Origin: Marsupella aquatica
Taxonomy: Eukaryota; Plantae; Marchantiophyta
NCBI GenBank assembly: GCA_973895155.1
Contig: OZ316896.1
Span: forward strand, 6,314,166 to 6,378,165
DNA length: 64,000 nt
Direction: 5' to 3'
Each line of letters starts with the position of its first letter. Positions within the stretch are counted from its first letter, which is position 1. Below are positions 50,238 through 64,000 of this stretch, piece by piece. Both the position numbers and the translations under genes were made by a program. The notes under the pieces were generated by a model that was given only the letters and a program-made list of their open reading frames with translations, was not told the DNA's origin and made no database searches.

Positions 50238-53200
50238 TCAATAAGGAACCACATATGGCAAGGCGTACATGTCGACAGACGAAAGGTAAACAGCCTCTGC
50301 CCAAACTTCCTGTGAAGTAGCCTCTTCCACTCTGGCCTTGGGCTTTGAGCGGAGGCGATCACTTGAAGGTAACAGCCAATCCTCATCATCTAAAGTTGTC
50401 AAGGAGGCTAGCGGCGGCAAATTATCACAAATGGAAAAATCTGGTAGCTTTTGAGATCTTTGTGAACTGAAATTAGATTTTCGTGAGCTATCTATAAGGT
50501 GACTATGATTGCTAGGCCTAGTAGAAGGGGCAGCCTCTACATCAGGAGGGCTGCCACCAAGAGGCTTCGACAAAACTACGGGTGGCAGGGTAGGTGCAAC
50601 CGTGCCATTTGGTTGATGGTCTTTCTTAATGTACATAGAGGGCGGGTGAGAAGCAGGTCCTACAACACTATCACGAGGTTTCGCAGCATCTCTGCCGTCT
50701 CTGTCAAGAGAACATGCAACAGCAGCAGATTTTGTACTCTCACGAACTCTCCCATTTTCTTCGTTGAAATGAAGCACACTGTTGGTACGCGATGTCCGCT
50801 GGAGCTTACTGGACCGCGGGTCCTTGTCTGTAATCACAGGCAAGAACGGATCCAATGGCACATAATTTTGTGTCAAAGCAAGCCAGGTAATATGTGTCAA
50901 GAGAAAAACCCTGCTCTAACTGTGCAATCTGATGCCTTCTTTCCTTCCTTTTTTCACAGAGTCTGTAGAATAAACTGGCTAAACTGGCGGTGCAGCAGCA
51001 GGCAGAGACCTGTGAAGGGCATAAGTTCACCCAATCTGAAGAGAGGACAGACATAAAGAGGAAGGTACATTTATGCACATAAGGGGGGGATAGCTCATCA
51101 TTAACCTCCCTGTAATTTCCCGATCAAATCACCCTTTTTATCACTCGCCCTTCAATATACTCAGGTAATATATTACTATAGAGAGGATAGGATAGGCAAG
51201 GAGTCTCCCCACCAAGCCCAGCCTCCCTCTGTTTCCCAATCATGTCACCCGTTCATCACTCGCCCTTCAACATACTCTACGTAATACATTAACACAGAGA
51301 GGATGGGATCGACAAGCAGTGTCCCAGCTAGGCCCCAAACCAGTAACGAGTACAAAAACTGTCGACAGAAACATAGGAACTAGATGACTCACCATGTCCG
51401 ACGCCGTTAGTTTCGCCATCCTTCTTCCTTTTCTCCTTTTTGTTCTTGTCTCTCTTGTCCCTGTGTTTTTCTTTATCTTTCTCACCAGTGCTTTCCTTTT
51501 TCTCCTTATGAATCGCCTCTTTTGACTTCTTTTCCTTCTCCTTTTCCTTCTCAAGGTCTTTCACTTTCTTCTCTTTCTCTTTCTCTTTCTCTTTCTCCTT
51601 GTTCTTCTTCTTTTCCTTTGAAAAAACCTTACGGAACAAAGACACACAGGGATGAGAATGCAAATTTATAATGTTAAGCCAAAAACAGAACAGATTGTCT
51701 GCCATGGGGCAACCACATGCAAATGGTCAAACTCACATTCAAGAATATACACAACACTGGCAGACCCAACAAGGCAAAAAATCCTACGCTTCGGAAGTCA
51801 TTTCAGCTACAACAGATTGGCTGCAATATTTGACAATTTTCTAAAAACTTCGACCAAACATTGACAATGCCCTGAAGAAAACAAATCAATGGTTGTCTCA
51901 AATCCTACACCTTTGCCTGTTGAGTAAACTGCCCACTTACCTTACATCACAGCTTCCGAGAGTAGAACAAAAAAAAACACAAAAGAACCTTGAAAGATTT
52001 CAAGCCATGGCTTCATTTTGGCAAGAACACAATTTGCCATACCACTGGCATCACAAAAGGATAGTCTGTTGTAGTAGCATTTAGGGTGCATGCAAATGTA
52101 ATGACGGTCTCTTAATTGCCTTTGCTGAGCGCGCAGTCTGTTAACCGTTAGTAATGTCCTATGGGAAGGCCGCATTTGAAACAATACTCGTATCTTGCCC
52201 TGGGCAGCGCATTCACTGTATCACGAAGGAATTGCATAAAGATCCTTATCGTCCAACTCTAGGTTGTGCAGATCAAAGCCATTCTTGAGGTACTCCTGCT
52301 GTCGCCGTCCCTCTACAACTAGGGACCGTGCGAAAAACATTTACAGCCACATTCGTGACAAATGGTCTCATCCTGAAATGGAATCATCTGTCTAGCAAGC
52401 AGCTGTCCCGACATATTCTCAACGCTACCTAACAAGGAGACGGAAAAGGAGGTTTTTAGCCATGGCTCAAATGCAGGTAAGAAACGACCGCCCTATCCTC
52501 TGACCACTTTCCGTATCAGGCTCGCTGATATGATGTCACTGCAGAACGAATCGGGACCTGACCATAAGTGTAACTGTCTACGAACCAGGATACGTTAACC
52601 ACATTTGGTCGTCTTAGGTTATCCAACGCGGAGACCTCTCAGAAGGATAACCTTGACAACTCTTGACACAAAAAGTCTGCGGTGAATTCTGATCCACAGC
52701 AAACGTACTTTCAAAAGCTGCGACCTCGACTGCGTACTCAATACTAAGGATTCCACTTAGCCTGCAGCGATAAACCCGCCGGCTCGAGACAGAAGAATCA
52801 TAGTACCGTATAGATCTCCAGAAAATGTCAGCACGGGACACATCTGCTATCTAAGTTAGGTAATCTTGGCTGCAAGCCCATGTGCAAGATGAGTGACAGC
52901 AGCAATAGGGTAAGTGGATGCGTATTCCAGTAGAAGTAATTGATAGTCAAGTCATCTTGCTGGGTCACTCAACACACGTTTTGAAACAATTGGTCTGTTG
53001 TTGCCTCACCGACCAAGAGTGCTACAAAGCCTGATAAAGACACGGCTTTTTAGTGCGTTTTGAGCAATGCTGAAGTAAAATTTCTTCAGGACCCTTGCTC
53101 TCTCTCTCTTGCTCGAGTAGTATCTACTTGCAGAGCAATTGTTTGACAGACAAGGGCAGGGCCCTGTCTACAATATAGAACATGATAACTTCTGTAGTTA

Positions 53201-53910
53201 GGTCTGAAGGATTGTTAAACCCTTGCAAAACATATGGCGGTCGCGTGAAAGCCGAATGGAAGCAAAAAATGGGCATCACAAAATATTCCGCGAGAGACCA
53301 GCCGCGTCTGTGATAACAATGCCTTGATGAATGACTTCATGACCCTCCTCCTCCGAAACAGTTATTCCAGCAAGACTCCACTCGACAAGCATATACACCT
53401 GCCTCTGTTGATGAAGACCCCCAGAAGCAAACTTGGCAAACTCCCACTATCTCGGTTCCTAATCTTCCCCTAGAAAATTCTCACTTCGGATTGATAATTC
53501 AAGTGTGTGTCGTACTGAATACCGTGCCTTGCCTCCACTATCTAAAGATGCCAAACCATAAGGTATAGATTCATCCACCACTTTTTTTCTAACAAACTGA
53601 TGAAGAATAAAGTACTATAAGGTTTGCCCAACGACCAGTACACACTCCACAAGTGCAAGGAATCTCGCCAACTGTGACGATACATATCCAACATTTGACG
53701 AGCCCTAAGTAACCAATACGGACCCTTCAAGCTTGGAAACGAATTTTTCAGGGAGGATTTCCATGCGCAACAAGACAACAGGCAACCAGAGAGACAACAA
53801 AGGCGTGAAATTGGTAGGAAATGTAGGCCAACCTTAGCTGTCACGTTTACATCCGGGAGCTGTGCCTTCTTTTGGTATCCCGGAGGCGGGTATGGATAGC
53901 AGCGAGACAT
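50238..53910 (-). CDS. Conserved plant protein of unknown function with Lys/Glu-rich region (~296 aa); exons 53910-53833, 51615 (or 51627)-51393, 50827-50238
   Basis: N-terminus MSRCYPYPPPGYQKK and C-terminus DDEDWL...VWAEAVYLSSVDMYALPYVVPY typify a widespread land-plant family; splice phases are consistent; a small extra exon near 50960 cannot be excluded. Confidence 0.8.
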
Positions 53911-55899
53911 CGCGCCGACCGCTTATGTGAATGTCCACGGCTTCCTTCAGGAAATGCAGACAATAGCAGGCGCCAGTACCCAGTGAAGGGAGGCGTACCC
54001 CGCCACCTCCGCTGCACCATGTCACTGCATTCAACCCCGTGTTCCTCTCGCTCTCGCGCTTCTTTGCCGTAGATCCAGTCGGTTCTTCAATTTCTGTCAA
54101 TTCGAACCGGTATGACGTTGGGCTCGCATCAGTTTCGCGATCTAAAACCTAAGGGAAATCTAATCGGTGGGGGAAATCTCTTCGCAACATGGATAATCAT
54201 GTCGATTGAGTGCTAGCTGAAGCTTGTTGAAACCTGGGGTTCGAAAGCTCAGTGTAAACACAGGAATCGATACATCCTCATTTCATGACAATGCAGTGTT
54301 GCACTGGTGCAAGGAAGATGAAACTGATGAAACTAACTTTGCGCAATATGAGACTGAGCAAAAGGCTACAACGAGACAGTCTCTCCTATTTTCGCCGGAC
54401 AGAAAATTCTTTGTAGAAAGGCTGTGTGGTAAACAATTCCAACAAAGGACGCTTCCTTCGAAATGGCCAAAACTTGCATAGACTAGAACGCAACGAGGGG
54501 GAGAAGGACTTCTGTGAGAATCGCAACAGAATTATATGAAAGAGCATCAAACTTGGTCGCCGCTGAAGGAAGTTCCTTGTATGTGTGGCCTACGAGAAGT
54601 TGTAAAGGCTGTTGCGGTACCCATCACTAATTTTTACTACGGCCGCTCGAAGTACTTCAAGATGTCTTTAAAAGACGAATCTTTGAAAGATGGACAGGTG
54701 GACGGTCATTTCTTTACGGGAGGACATGATATCAACAAGGTCACACTACGCGAAGGTCGAGCACTTATTAATATCTAACAGACTTTCCAAAGTCAGACTA
54801 TTGAGTACTCCACGTACACTAAGCCAGCCAGAGATATAGGTGAAAAGTACTAAAGACGTCAATTGGAAATAAAGAGTGAAAATTCTTCTAAAGAGCAAAT
54901 TACTCAAACACACTTAGAGATATTAGGAATGTCAACTAGAGTTTGAGCTATGGGTATCCCAAACTCCAGACTAATTACTAATATCTGTAAAGTGAAAGAG
55001 TTTGATAAACCTAGTTGAGTTTAGGCAAGTGGACAGGTGTTGCAGTGTGGGAGCACGAGTTCAGCCCAGTTCAAGTTGAAACTTAGAGGGTCACCAAGCG
55101 GCACCCAGGACCTCTCCCCTGACTACCTTTCGTGCCATCTCTACCTTGGTACCTATCTTGCCATTGCTACTTAGGTACCTTTCTTGCCATCCTTGCCTAA
55201 GCAAGCTTTCATTCTTGCCCTAGGTGGCTCCTACATTGCTTGCCATCGCCAAAGTTCAAGCCAGGGCTGAGAAGTAGATAGAAACGGCAACATTGAAGCG
55301 GTTTTTTTAAATGCTCAGAAAATACCAGATGTAGCACCAAGTTGCCCCACCCGGAGCAGCAGGTTGCCCCTACCTTGATGACCCTCCCTCGCAGCAGCAA
55401 GTCACCCCTTCCTCGCAGGCGCTCCCTTCCATGCGGCAATCGGTTGCAGCTCACCGATGAAGCAAACCCGTACACTAGCGTAATGTCCGGCCATGATTAG
55501 GTTGAATGCAATTGTGCCATCCTCCACCTCCACCTTCTCATCCACCTCTATAGGCCGGAAGTAGTAGAACGGCTCGAGTTCCAACGATACACACTTCACA
55601 TGAGGGAGCCATGATAAGAGATATCTGCGGCTCAGGTGATTCAGGTGGAGAACTACCGGCCAAGGAAGTGGGCTTCTTTCTTCGCTAAGAAGTTCCATAA
55701 GAGATGGAATGGCGTAAGAAGACATTGTTCATCGGGGGCAAGGTGTACCTGGCTAGCCACATTGAGATTATTTTGGAGTGGTACGCCTGGTTTGATCGAC
55801 GAACACACCCACGATGTAATGAGCCAAAAATCATCCAGGCCAGCTACTGTCATAGAGTAATACTAGATCTCCTATCTGGATACTAACTGGTTTCAGCTT

Positions 55900-58620
55900 T
55901 TTGTCGTATTGTTGCTTCATTGTGTTCTGCCTATGTTCTACTCTCTCTGCTGAATCATCCTTTCTTCTTCTAAGGCCTCTAATTCATATTCTCGCTCTCT
56001 TAGGCTTTCTTCCTCTGAAGATCTCTCCTTAATTGTAACTTGAAATGTAGGAATCTCAAGTTGCAGGGTACCAGAGCTTCCTGTCCAAAGGTTAAGAAGA
56101 AGGGTGTATGACTGGTAGTTGACTTGTAGGCTAAGTTGTAAGCAAAAACAACAACAAACAATTTGTCATCCCAATCGATTTTGTTCTGAGCTACCATTTT
56201 GTTTAGGATTTTACCTAAGATGCCATTTGCTCATTCTGTCAACCCATTTGCCTTTGGGTGGTAAGGAGTAGTAGTTCGATGTTGGACTAGGTACTGTTCA
56301 TTTAAACGGCTAATTATATCATTCAAGAAATGAGTTCCTCTATCACTTACTAATTCTAGGGGTGCTCCATATCTGGTGAAAATTTGCTCATACATAAAAC
56401 AAGTCGTAGTGATTGCATCATTCAATTCCCATGGCCTGGCCTCTACCCATTTGGTCGCATGATCCGTAGCTAAGATTATGTACTTGTTTCTCCGAGGATG
56501 AGTCAATGATTTCAAAGGTCCGATGTAATCAATACCCCACTTCTCAAATGGTGCCAGAGGTAGAATAGGATGTAGCGGATGTCTTGTGGTAGCCCTTGGT
56601 CCTCCCACTCTCTGGCAAGGATCACATTGCTAGATAAACTGGTGTACATCCTTGTGTAAGGTTGGCCACCAATAGCCGACATCTAGAATCTTTTTAGACG
56701 TGGTTACTGGTGCAAAATGTCCTCTGACCTCTTCTCCATGCATAGCCTGTAGGACGCGCTTCACTTCTTCCCATTCCAAACCCCATTCCAAACACCTTTG
56801 AATTTTTCCATTGATTCCATACCTGCGTAAGATGCCTTTGATGCATTGATACTGCCTGACTTTTTGTAGGAAAATCGCGGCCTGCTCTTTGCTTAGTCTT
56901 GCCTGTAATCTTGACATGTTGAGAAATCGTAAAATATCAGGGTACCAAGTATCGATGACTTCTACGACAAATAGCTCCTCATCGGGGAAATGATCAGAGA
57001 TGCAGTTCGTGGTGGGTTCACCGCAATCCTTGAAAAGAAGTCGACATTGACATGCAACTTCCCCGGCTTAATTTTCAACTCATAGTCAAACTCCTGTAAA
57101 AACAATATCCATCTTGCTACCCTGCCTGTAAAGTCTGGCTTATTCACTAGGGATTTCAAACTCTCATGATCGGTATGAAAGATCACCTTGTAACCCATGC
57201 CTAAAGTTCTTACAAGAGTAAATGACTCCCAATGCCTCCCTTTTTTTGGTTGAGTAATTCCTTTTGGCATCGGCAAGTTGTCGGCTTGCATAGTATATGG
57301 GATGGTCCCTTCCATTCTCATCCAACTGGCTCGGTACTGAACCGATACAAAAGCCTGAGACATCTACATAAACATGAAAATCCTTGTTCCAGTTTGGTGC
57401 TATCATGACTTGGGCCTCAACTAGCATCTGCTTTAATTCAACTACTGTTGTCACCATCTCTAGTGTGGGCTCAAAGTTTGTTCCTGCCTTGAGCATATTT
57501 GTCAATGGTAAAGCTAGTTTGGCAAAATCCTTGATGAACCTACGATCATAGCCAATGCACCCCAAGAAGGATTGAACATCCTTTATGTTCTTAGGTTACA
57601 TGATATCCAGCCATACTGCTAGCTTACCTTTGTCAATCTCAATATATACCTTTCCTTGATACCTTGTGATCGAGTAGCACACCTTCCGTTACTCCAAAGA
57701 AACATTTATCAGGGTGTAACTTGAGACCCACCTCCCTACATCTCATGAAGGTTTTCCTAAGGTATTTAGCATGTTTTGATGCTTTCCCAAACATTGCAAA
57801 ATCATCAATGAAGATTCCATGAACTTTCTCAAGTAGTCATGAAAAATGTTCACCATCAACCTCTAGAACATAGCTGGTGCATTATAGAGTCAAACCGGCA
57901 TACGATTGAAGACATAAATCCCCCATTCCGTGATGAAGGCTGTTTTGATTTGGTCTTCTTGCCTAATCCTGATTTGGTTATAACCAGAGTACCCATCCAT
58001 GAATGAGTATAATTCATGACTGGCTACCATGTCTAGGACGATATCAGTAAAGGGTAATGGAAAATGATCCTTCAACGTGGCTTCATTTCACTTCCTATGA
58101 TCCTGACAAACCCGGATCTTGGGTTTACCATCTGGTCCGGCTTTCTTGGGAACTATCACAATTGGGGATATCCAGTCCGAATGTAGGACTGGGGTGATGA
58201 ATCCTGTTTCCACTAGTTTGTCAATTTATGCTTTGACCATCAGGGAGTACTTAGGGTTCATCCTACAGATTAACTGCCTAAACAATTTGGCTCCTAACAT
58301 CAGATCAATTTGGTGTTCCCCCAATTTTGGGTCTACTCCTTTTAGGTCTTGGTGGCTCCATGCAAACACATCCAGAAATTCAATCAGTATCTCATTGATC
58401 TCCTCCTCTAGCTCGGGTGCTAGATCCCTTCCCAAGTTTAGTTCCCTGCCTTCTCCTAGGTTGAGCTTCCAATATTGTCATGCTTGGATCATGTTAATCT
58501 GTTTTTTCAAATATGGGTCCAGCTTGGCTTCTAGCCTCTCAAGTCTCATCCCTCCATAGACTGGAATCTTGGCTATACTAGTTGAGTCTGTTGACTTGAT
58601 TCCTTTGTCGTCCAAGGACT
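55900..58620 (-). mobile_element. Degenerate non-chromoviral (Athila/Tat-like) Ty3/gypsy pol: RT, RNase H, integrase
   Basis: KDHFPLPF, FMDGYSGYNQI, YVDVSGFCIG, IYYASRQL, TDHESLK, WGIDYIGPL, LVSDRGTHF, TTPYHPKANGLTE; multiple frameshifts. Confidence 0.9.
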
Positions 58621-59615
58621 TTACCTCTTCCATAATGTTTGGCCTCAGATTCTGTAGCTTAGGTGTTGGCTTCTCCTTCTAACCCGGCTCTAGGTTGATA
58701 AGGTTGACCTCATCCTTTCTTGATTCCTTAGGTTTTGGTCGCTAGGCTCGTCCGGCTTCTAGTAGGGCCTATATCTGTTCTGCCCTGGTGATCGGCCTAT
58801 AAGTCGGTGTCTTGGGGTTTTAAACTACTCGAGAGGCACTGGGCCTTGCTGCCTATGCAAATACGACTACTCACCTGAACTATACAAGCACAAAAATACT
58901 TAAAGTTCCCCTTGGATGATCCCCGTAAAGTATTAGAGCTTCTTCCGAAGATACTATAATATTATACGACTCTTCTCCAAACTTTCTTACTAAGATTTCC
59001 CTACACGCTATCTTCCTTCGCACAATAATCTTTAGACTCAAGGAAGACATCAAATTTAAGATTGGACTTGGGACCTGATTCAAATCCATCTTTTCTAATA
59101 CAAAATATAGATAGTACACACCCACTCTTCTTCATAAGTAACTACAGGATATATGAGTGAAATATTTGAATTCATAACCATGGTGGCAAAATCTATACCA
59201 AACTGATACATAAGCGTTTGACGCATTAAATTTTTATCTAAACAATGTAATCTAATCAAAAATGGGTTGACAACCACTCCCGGTGATCTATGCACTCTTG
59301 GCAACCCATGCAACATCATTCACAATCTATGGGAATAGCTAAAGCCTAAGGTATAAGTTAATCTTTGATAATATATCTTTGATACAAGCGACATAGCCGT
59401 CCTTGCCAGATTTGAGTAATTAATTTAAGGTGCTCAAGTGGTGGCATAGCCCTCCATGACCATAAGAAAAATCCTCAATTCCTTCCATCATGAAAACCGG
59501 CGGCATAGCCCTCCGTTATATCAAGGCAAACCATGGACTCAACTCTCAATAGTGGGAACACAATGCCCTATGGGAAGCAAGTTCCCTTCTATTTATACTT
59601 TGAAATATTGACCAC

Positions 59616-59830
59616 CCACAATTTGCTAGCCCACTATTTTGCCCACTATCTTAGCACACTGTTTTGTAAAGTGAACTATCCACAATTTGCTAGTCCACTA
59701 TTTTGCCCACTATCTTAGCACACTGTTTTGTAAAGTGAATTATCCACAATTTGCTAGCCCACTATTTTGTCCACTATCTTAGCACACTGTTTTGTAAAGT
59801 GGACTATCCACAATTTGCTAGCCCACTTTT
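59616..59830. repeat. 64-bp tandem repeat, ~3.3 copies, in an AT-rich segment interrupting the gypsy pol
   Basis: CCACAATTTGCTAGCCCACTATTTTGCCCACTATCTTAGCACACTGTTTTGTAAAGTGAACTAT at 59616, 59680, 59744, 59808. Confidence 0.9.
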
Positions 59831-60273
59831 TTGGCACACTATTTTATTTTGTCCTATTCTATTAGCTTAGCCTAATATACTCATTTGGCCTACTATATTC
59901 ATTTGGGTCTACTATACTCATTTGGTATACTATTATTTTGGTATACTATTTTATTTTTACCTATTCTATGATTTTAGTCTATTATATCTAATAATTTATA
60001 AATGACTACTCTAAGTCACACTATTTATTTTTATTTAATTTTTAATAATGTCTAATGGAGTGAGAAACTCTATGTGAGGTATTCTAACTCCAAAACTCAT
60101 TTCTTTACGACACCGGAATGTTGGTAGTTAATTTGTTGCCAATGATAGCCGGCATTGTGGATCCTGCAGGCCCTGCCACAATGCCCGTTGATAATCCAAT
60201 ACCTGAGGTGCTGCTCTTCGCTTAGTTGAATTATCTAACCTGATGTCCCCTAGTGATTCCTCTAGAATTGAAG

Positions 60274-60710
60274 CTAAAAGGTGGACTCTATGGTGAAGTA
60301 GTCCTCTGCTTTTACATCACATTCCCCTTCCATACTACTCTCCATTGGTTCTTGCCAAAGTCCGTTGGGGGGTACATTTGGTCCAAAGACACTTTCTTTG
60401 GTCAGGTCTGTGAGGCATTCTAGCCAACGTACCTCATCGGCAGACTCTAGTCCACTGTCATACCTGTCTACCTCCCTGATGCTTTTCAATTCCCACAATC
60501 ATTCTTGGTGTCCCAGGATACCATGATAGTGGGGGTCCCAAAAGTGAATTCTTTCTTCTCCCAATCCTCTATCACCTTGGCTAGGTAGAGCCACGGCCTG
60601 CCAATCAGTAATCTGAACAATGTAGGGTTCACCGGCTTCATTACTACATAGTTGATACTAAACAAGACTCCTTCTATCGTAGTCTTGATGTCGGTGAGGA
60701 CTCCCGTGGG
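60274..60710 (-). pseudogene. Ty3/gypsy aspartic protease C-terminal fragment
   Basis: PTGVLTDIKTTIEGVLFSINYVVM...LLIGRPWL matches the retropepsin 'LLGRPWL' motif. Confidence 0.7.
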
Positions 60711-62355
60711 AATATTTGGTGCATCCCATGGCTCTCTAAACCCAAGAACCCTCCCTAAGCAAGCCGATTCCCACCGGTTTCTCGCTTGCCAAGGCCGGTT
60801 TTGCGATTTATCGGCACGGGACGCTGCTAACTCTTCTCTACTTTTTAACCACATATATTGGACAGATCCTTCATCGGGTCATGAGATATGCACCCGGCCT
60901 CTCCTTACTCTCTTCTATCAGTCTTCCTTTAGGTATGTTTGGATTCCGCCCCCAAAATGATGCCCAGTCGGCTTGGGTAGCCGCTAAGATCCATCTCAAC
61001 TCAACACATCCAACTCTCCCTGCTTCTAAACTTCCTTTCTCTCCTACAGTTGATGTGGGCAATCTTCACACAAGTTGATGTGACACACAATTAGAAAGAT
61101 GACTCCTACTGACTAAGGTATGTCATGCCATTGCCATACAAGGAGTACTTCTCATACACAAGGTCTGCGAACTAAGCCAGAAGGCCAACTCTATTCAACT
61201 CTTAGGCATGAGGAAACATGAATGTACACAAGGGTCACAACATAACTAACCACGCAAGAGCTTATCTTTACTAATTCATCCCAGCCTTGTTGGTGCACTA
61301 AAAACTTGTTTAAGAAGAAGGCCCTGGGGTCCCCGTTGCCTAGGTTTATCTCGGTAGTGTACCTACCTATTTCCTTGTTGCGTAAGCCAAATCTACCGCT
61401 AAGTGGAATCTACCTATGTGCAGCGGGGCAAGAGCACAAGTGTTGCTTTTACCAGTGGATCCGCAATCCCACTAATCTAAGTGTCAAGGCTGCTTCTTGG
61501 TTCTGATCCTAATTCTTAATCTGGAGGTCCGCGCTCGCTCTGCCCACTCATGCCTCCTACCTCCACGTCCGCCCTCCCTAAAAGGGATGGCGCCCTTCCA
61601 CTGTCATGACGCCGGTGGCTGACCCTCAATGGAGGCCCCCAATCCTTCCTTGGCGGCTAATGTAGGTGTCCCGTCCTCTGACAGGTTACCCACTCCTGAC
61701 TGGGTCAACCCATCCTTGGCGTAACCAGGTCCCACCTTACCTCAGCCTCGGCTTCCTCGGCTTCTGCCTGCCTGGACTCTACCTCCCTAGCTTCTGCTAG
61801 TGGGGGTCCACCCCTGCGGCTTTTGCACTGTCCCTCCCAGCATTGGCTACCCTGCCTTAGTGGTCCTCCTCGATCATAGGCTTGTTCTATGAGTCGGGTT
61901 GTCTTGTCCTCCCAAGGTTGCAGTTGATGCCGATCAATGGGTTGGCAACCTTGAGTTAGTGCCTGTCATGGCCTCCCCCAACCGGTCTTCTTGGCCTACC
62001 TCTAGGACTGCCTCCTTGACAGCCACTACCTTGCATAAGGCCGGTGCCATGCTCTCCACCTCAGCCACAGTGGCCTGACAAACAGTGTGACTCCCTGACC
62101 CGGAAGGCTTTTGCTTTTTGTCCTTCCCCTCCCAAGCAGCTGATGCCTTCCCCTTGCCACTTACTTCTAGCAAAGGTGAGGGTACGTACCATGGCTTGTC
62201 GTTCGGTCAGTACCACGCCTTGCAACCCCGTTGCCGCCACCAGGGGTCCACTTGTTGCGGCCAGCCAATTTAGCTCCTCAGACTGCTTCTTCAACCGCTC
62301 AGTTTGGTTGTCCGCCCGTCTCTGCAGATTTTCTATTTTCTGGGCGACCTCCTCC

Positions 62356-64000
62356 AGTAACAACTTTGCACGTGGCAAAGAACCAATTGCTTCATGTTTG
62401 GCCAATACACATTTTGCAACATGCTGTGATACATAGTAGCTTGTCCGCCATGCCCTCCCCAAGGCAAGTCGTGATACATTTGTAGAACCTCCAATCTTAG
62501 AGACTCTGGGATGTACACACGCCTATGCTTGTATTGTTATAATTGGACATTATGTGTGGTATCCAACCCCAAAGAAATGTGCCTTACCTTGCCTTGGCTG
62601 CCCCCATTGCTTTGCCATTCCTTGGCTAACCTGTCATCCCCATACGCCTTGGCCAGAACCTTTGGCCACTTGGATTTGAGCATCGTGATCCCATTGACAC
62701 GATGATGGTCCTTACGTAATAACGCGTCAGTTGCCGTGTTTGTCTTCCCTGGAACGTGACGGACTTCAAAATCAAAATCTACCAAGAATATTTGTCAGTG
62801 CATTTCCTTGGGGTTTAGCCTTGGCTTAGAATTAAAGTACCCTGCCGGCAAGCTATCCATGTGTATTACCACTTTGGGATCGTTCTTAAGGTAAATCTCT
62901 CACTTCTTCAATGCGTAGATCACTGCATACATTTCCCTTTCCGCCTTGATCCAACGATTTCCAACTTACATGACTCAAAGGCCACAAGACACCCATCTTG
63001 GCAAAGATAGGCGCCAATGGCATAATCACTTGCGCTTGCGTACGTCTATCCAAATCTCAAACGGCTTCCCCATCTCAAGTAACTTTAGAACCGACGGCGT
63101 TATCATTAGCCGCTTAAGTTCTAGGAATGCTAACTCGTAATCCTATGTCCACACAAACACTTTGTTTTTCATTGTTAGCGCGTTTAGGGGCCTCGCAATC
63201 CTTGCATAGTCTTTCATGTATCTCCAATAGAACCCCGTAACTCCTAAGAAGGCTCTAACCTGCGGCTCTAACCTGCTTTACATTGGATGGGCGCTCCCAT
63301 TCTTTGATCTCATTAAGCTTGTCCTGACTAGATGTAATCCCCTCCGGGGTAAAGGTATGGCCGAGGAACTGAATCTCGTTCATCACAAATTTGCACTTGC
63401 TAGGCTTAGCAAAGAGACGAGCCTTACAAAGGCAAGAGAATACTTCCTTGAGCAACTGCTCATGTTCCTCCAACATTTTTGAGTAGATTAGGATGTCGTC
63501 AATAAAGACACCCACTCCTTGGTCCAACAAGTCATGAAAGATGGTATTCATCATCTTCATGAATGTTGCGGTTGCATTACACAACCCAAACGGCATAACC
63601 AAAAAATCATAGGATCTGAACCTTGTGCGCATTGCTATCTTATACTCGTCTCCCTTAGCCATGCGGATCTGGTAATACCCAGACCGCAAGTCCACCTTTG
63701 AAAACTTCTTAGCCCTAGAGAGGAAATTGAAGAGGTCGTCCATATGAGGTAACGAGTACTTTTTCTTTACCGTTTGCTTATTAAGGGCCCAATGATCTAT
63801 GCAAATCTCAAAGTACCATCCTTTTTGGACACAAACAGCGCGGGCGCTCCATAAAGACTCTTACTAGGCCGAATGAACCCTTGGTCGATTAACTGTTCCA
63901 AGGCGTTCTTCAACATCATTCATTTGTTTGGGTTTAGACGATAAGGAGCTTTAGCCTAAGAAGCCAAACCTGGCTCCAACTTAACTTGGTGATCTACTTC
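62356..64000 (-). mobile_element. Chromovirus copy 3 fragment (RT, RNase H, integrase start), more decayed, runs off the window
   Basis: Collinear with ~35051-36670 of copy 2, with additional stops and indels; truncated within the integrase zinc finger. Confidence 0.92.

Overview
Repeat-rich eukaryotic DNA from a land plant (GT-AG introns, plant gene families). A bryophyte or other seed-free plant is my guess, not something the sequence proves. There are two apparently intact host genes: a 12-exon BRAP2/BRIZ RING-ZnF-UBP E3 ligase (24367-29537, +) and a 3-exon gene of the 'MSRCFPxPPPGY...ALPYVVP' plant family (50238-53910, -). The rest is nested transposons: three copies of one Ty3/gypsy chromovirus (one full-length, with unusual AG...CT LTR ends), a solo LTR, copia, LINE, non-chromoviral gypsy, hAT and pogo-like remnants. 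The standout is a 14.1-kb Mutator-like element (1998-16099) with a 9-bp TSD and imperfect TIRs. It encodes a ~1180-aa DDE/SWIM transposase, a ~1130-aa protein fusing a ParB/Srx-like domain to a degenerate N6/N4 DNA-methyltransferase fold, and a Ulp1 SUMO protease. Roughly 90 copies (hand count) of one 23-bp palindrome, ATCTCGGAGAG(C/G)CTCTCCGAGAT, sit in separate arrays at both ends, in the divergent intergenic region and in all four coding-region introns. The layout resembles a VANDAL/VANC-type anti-silencing system, but with a ParB/parS-like pair. That function is a hypothesis. All domain calls come from motif recognition by eye; no searches were run.
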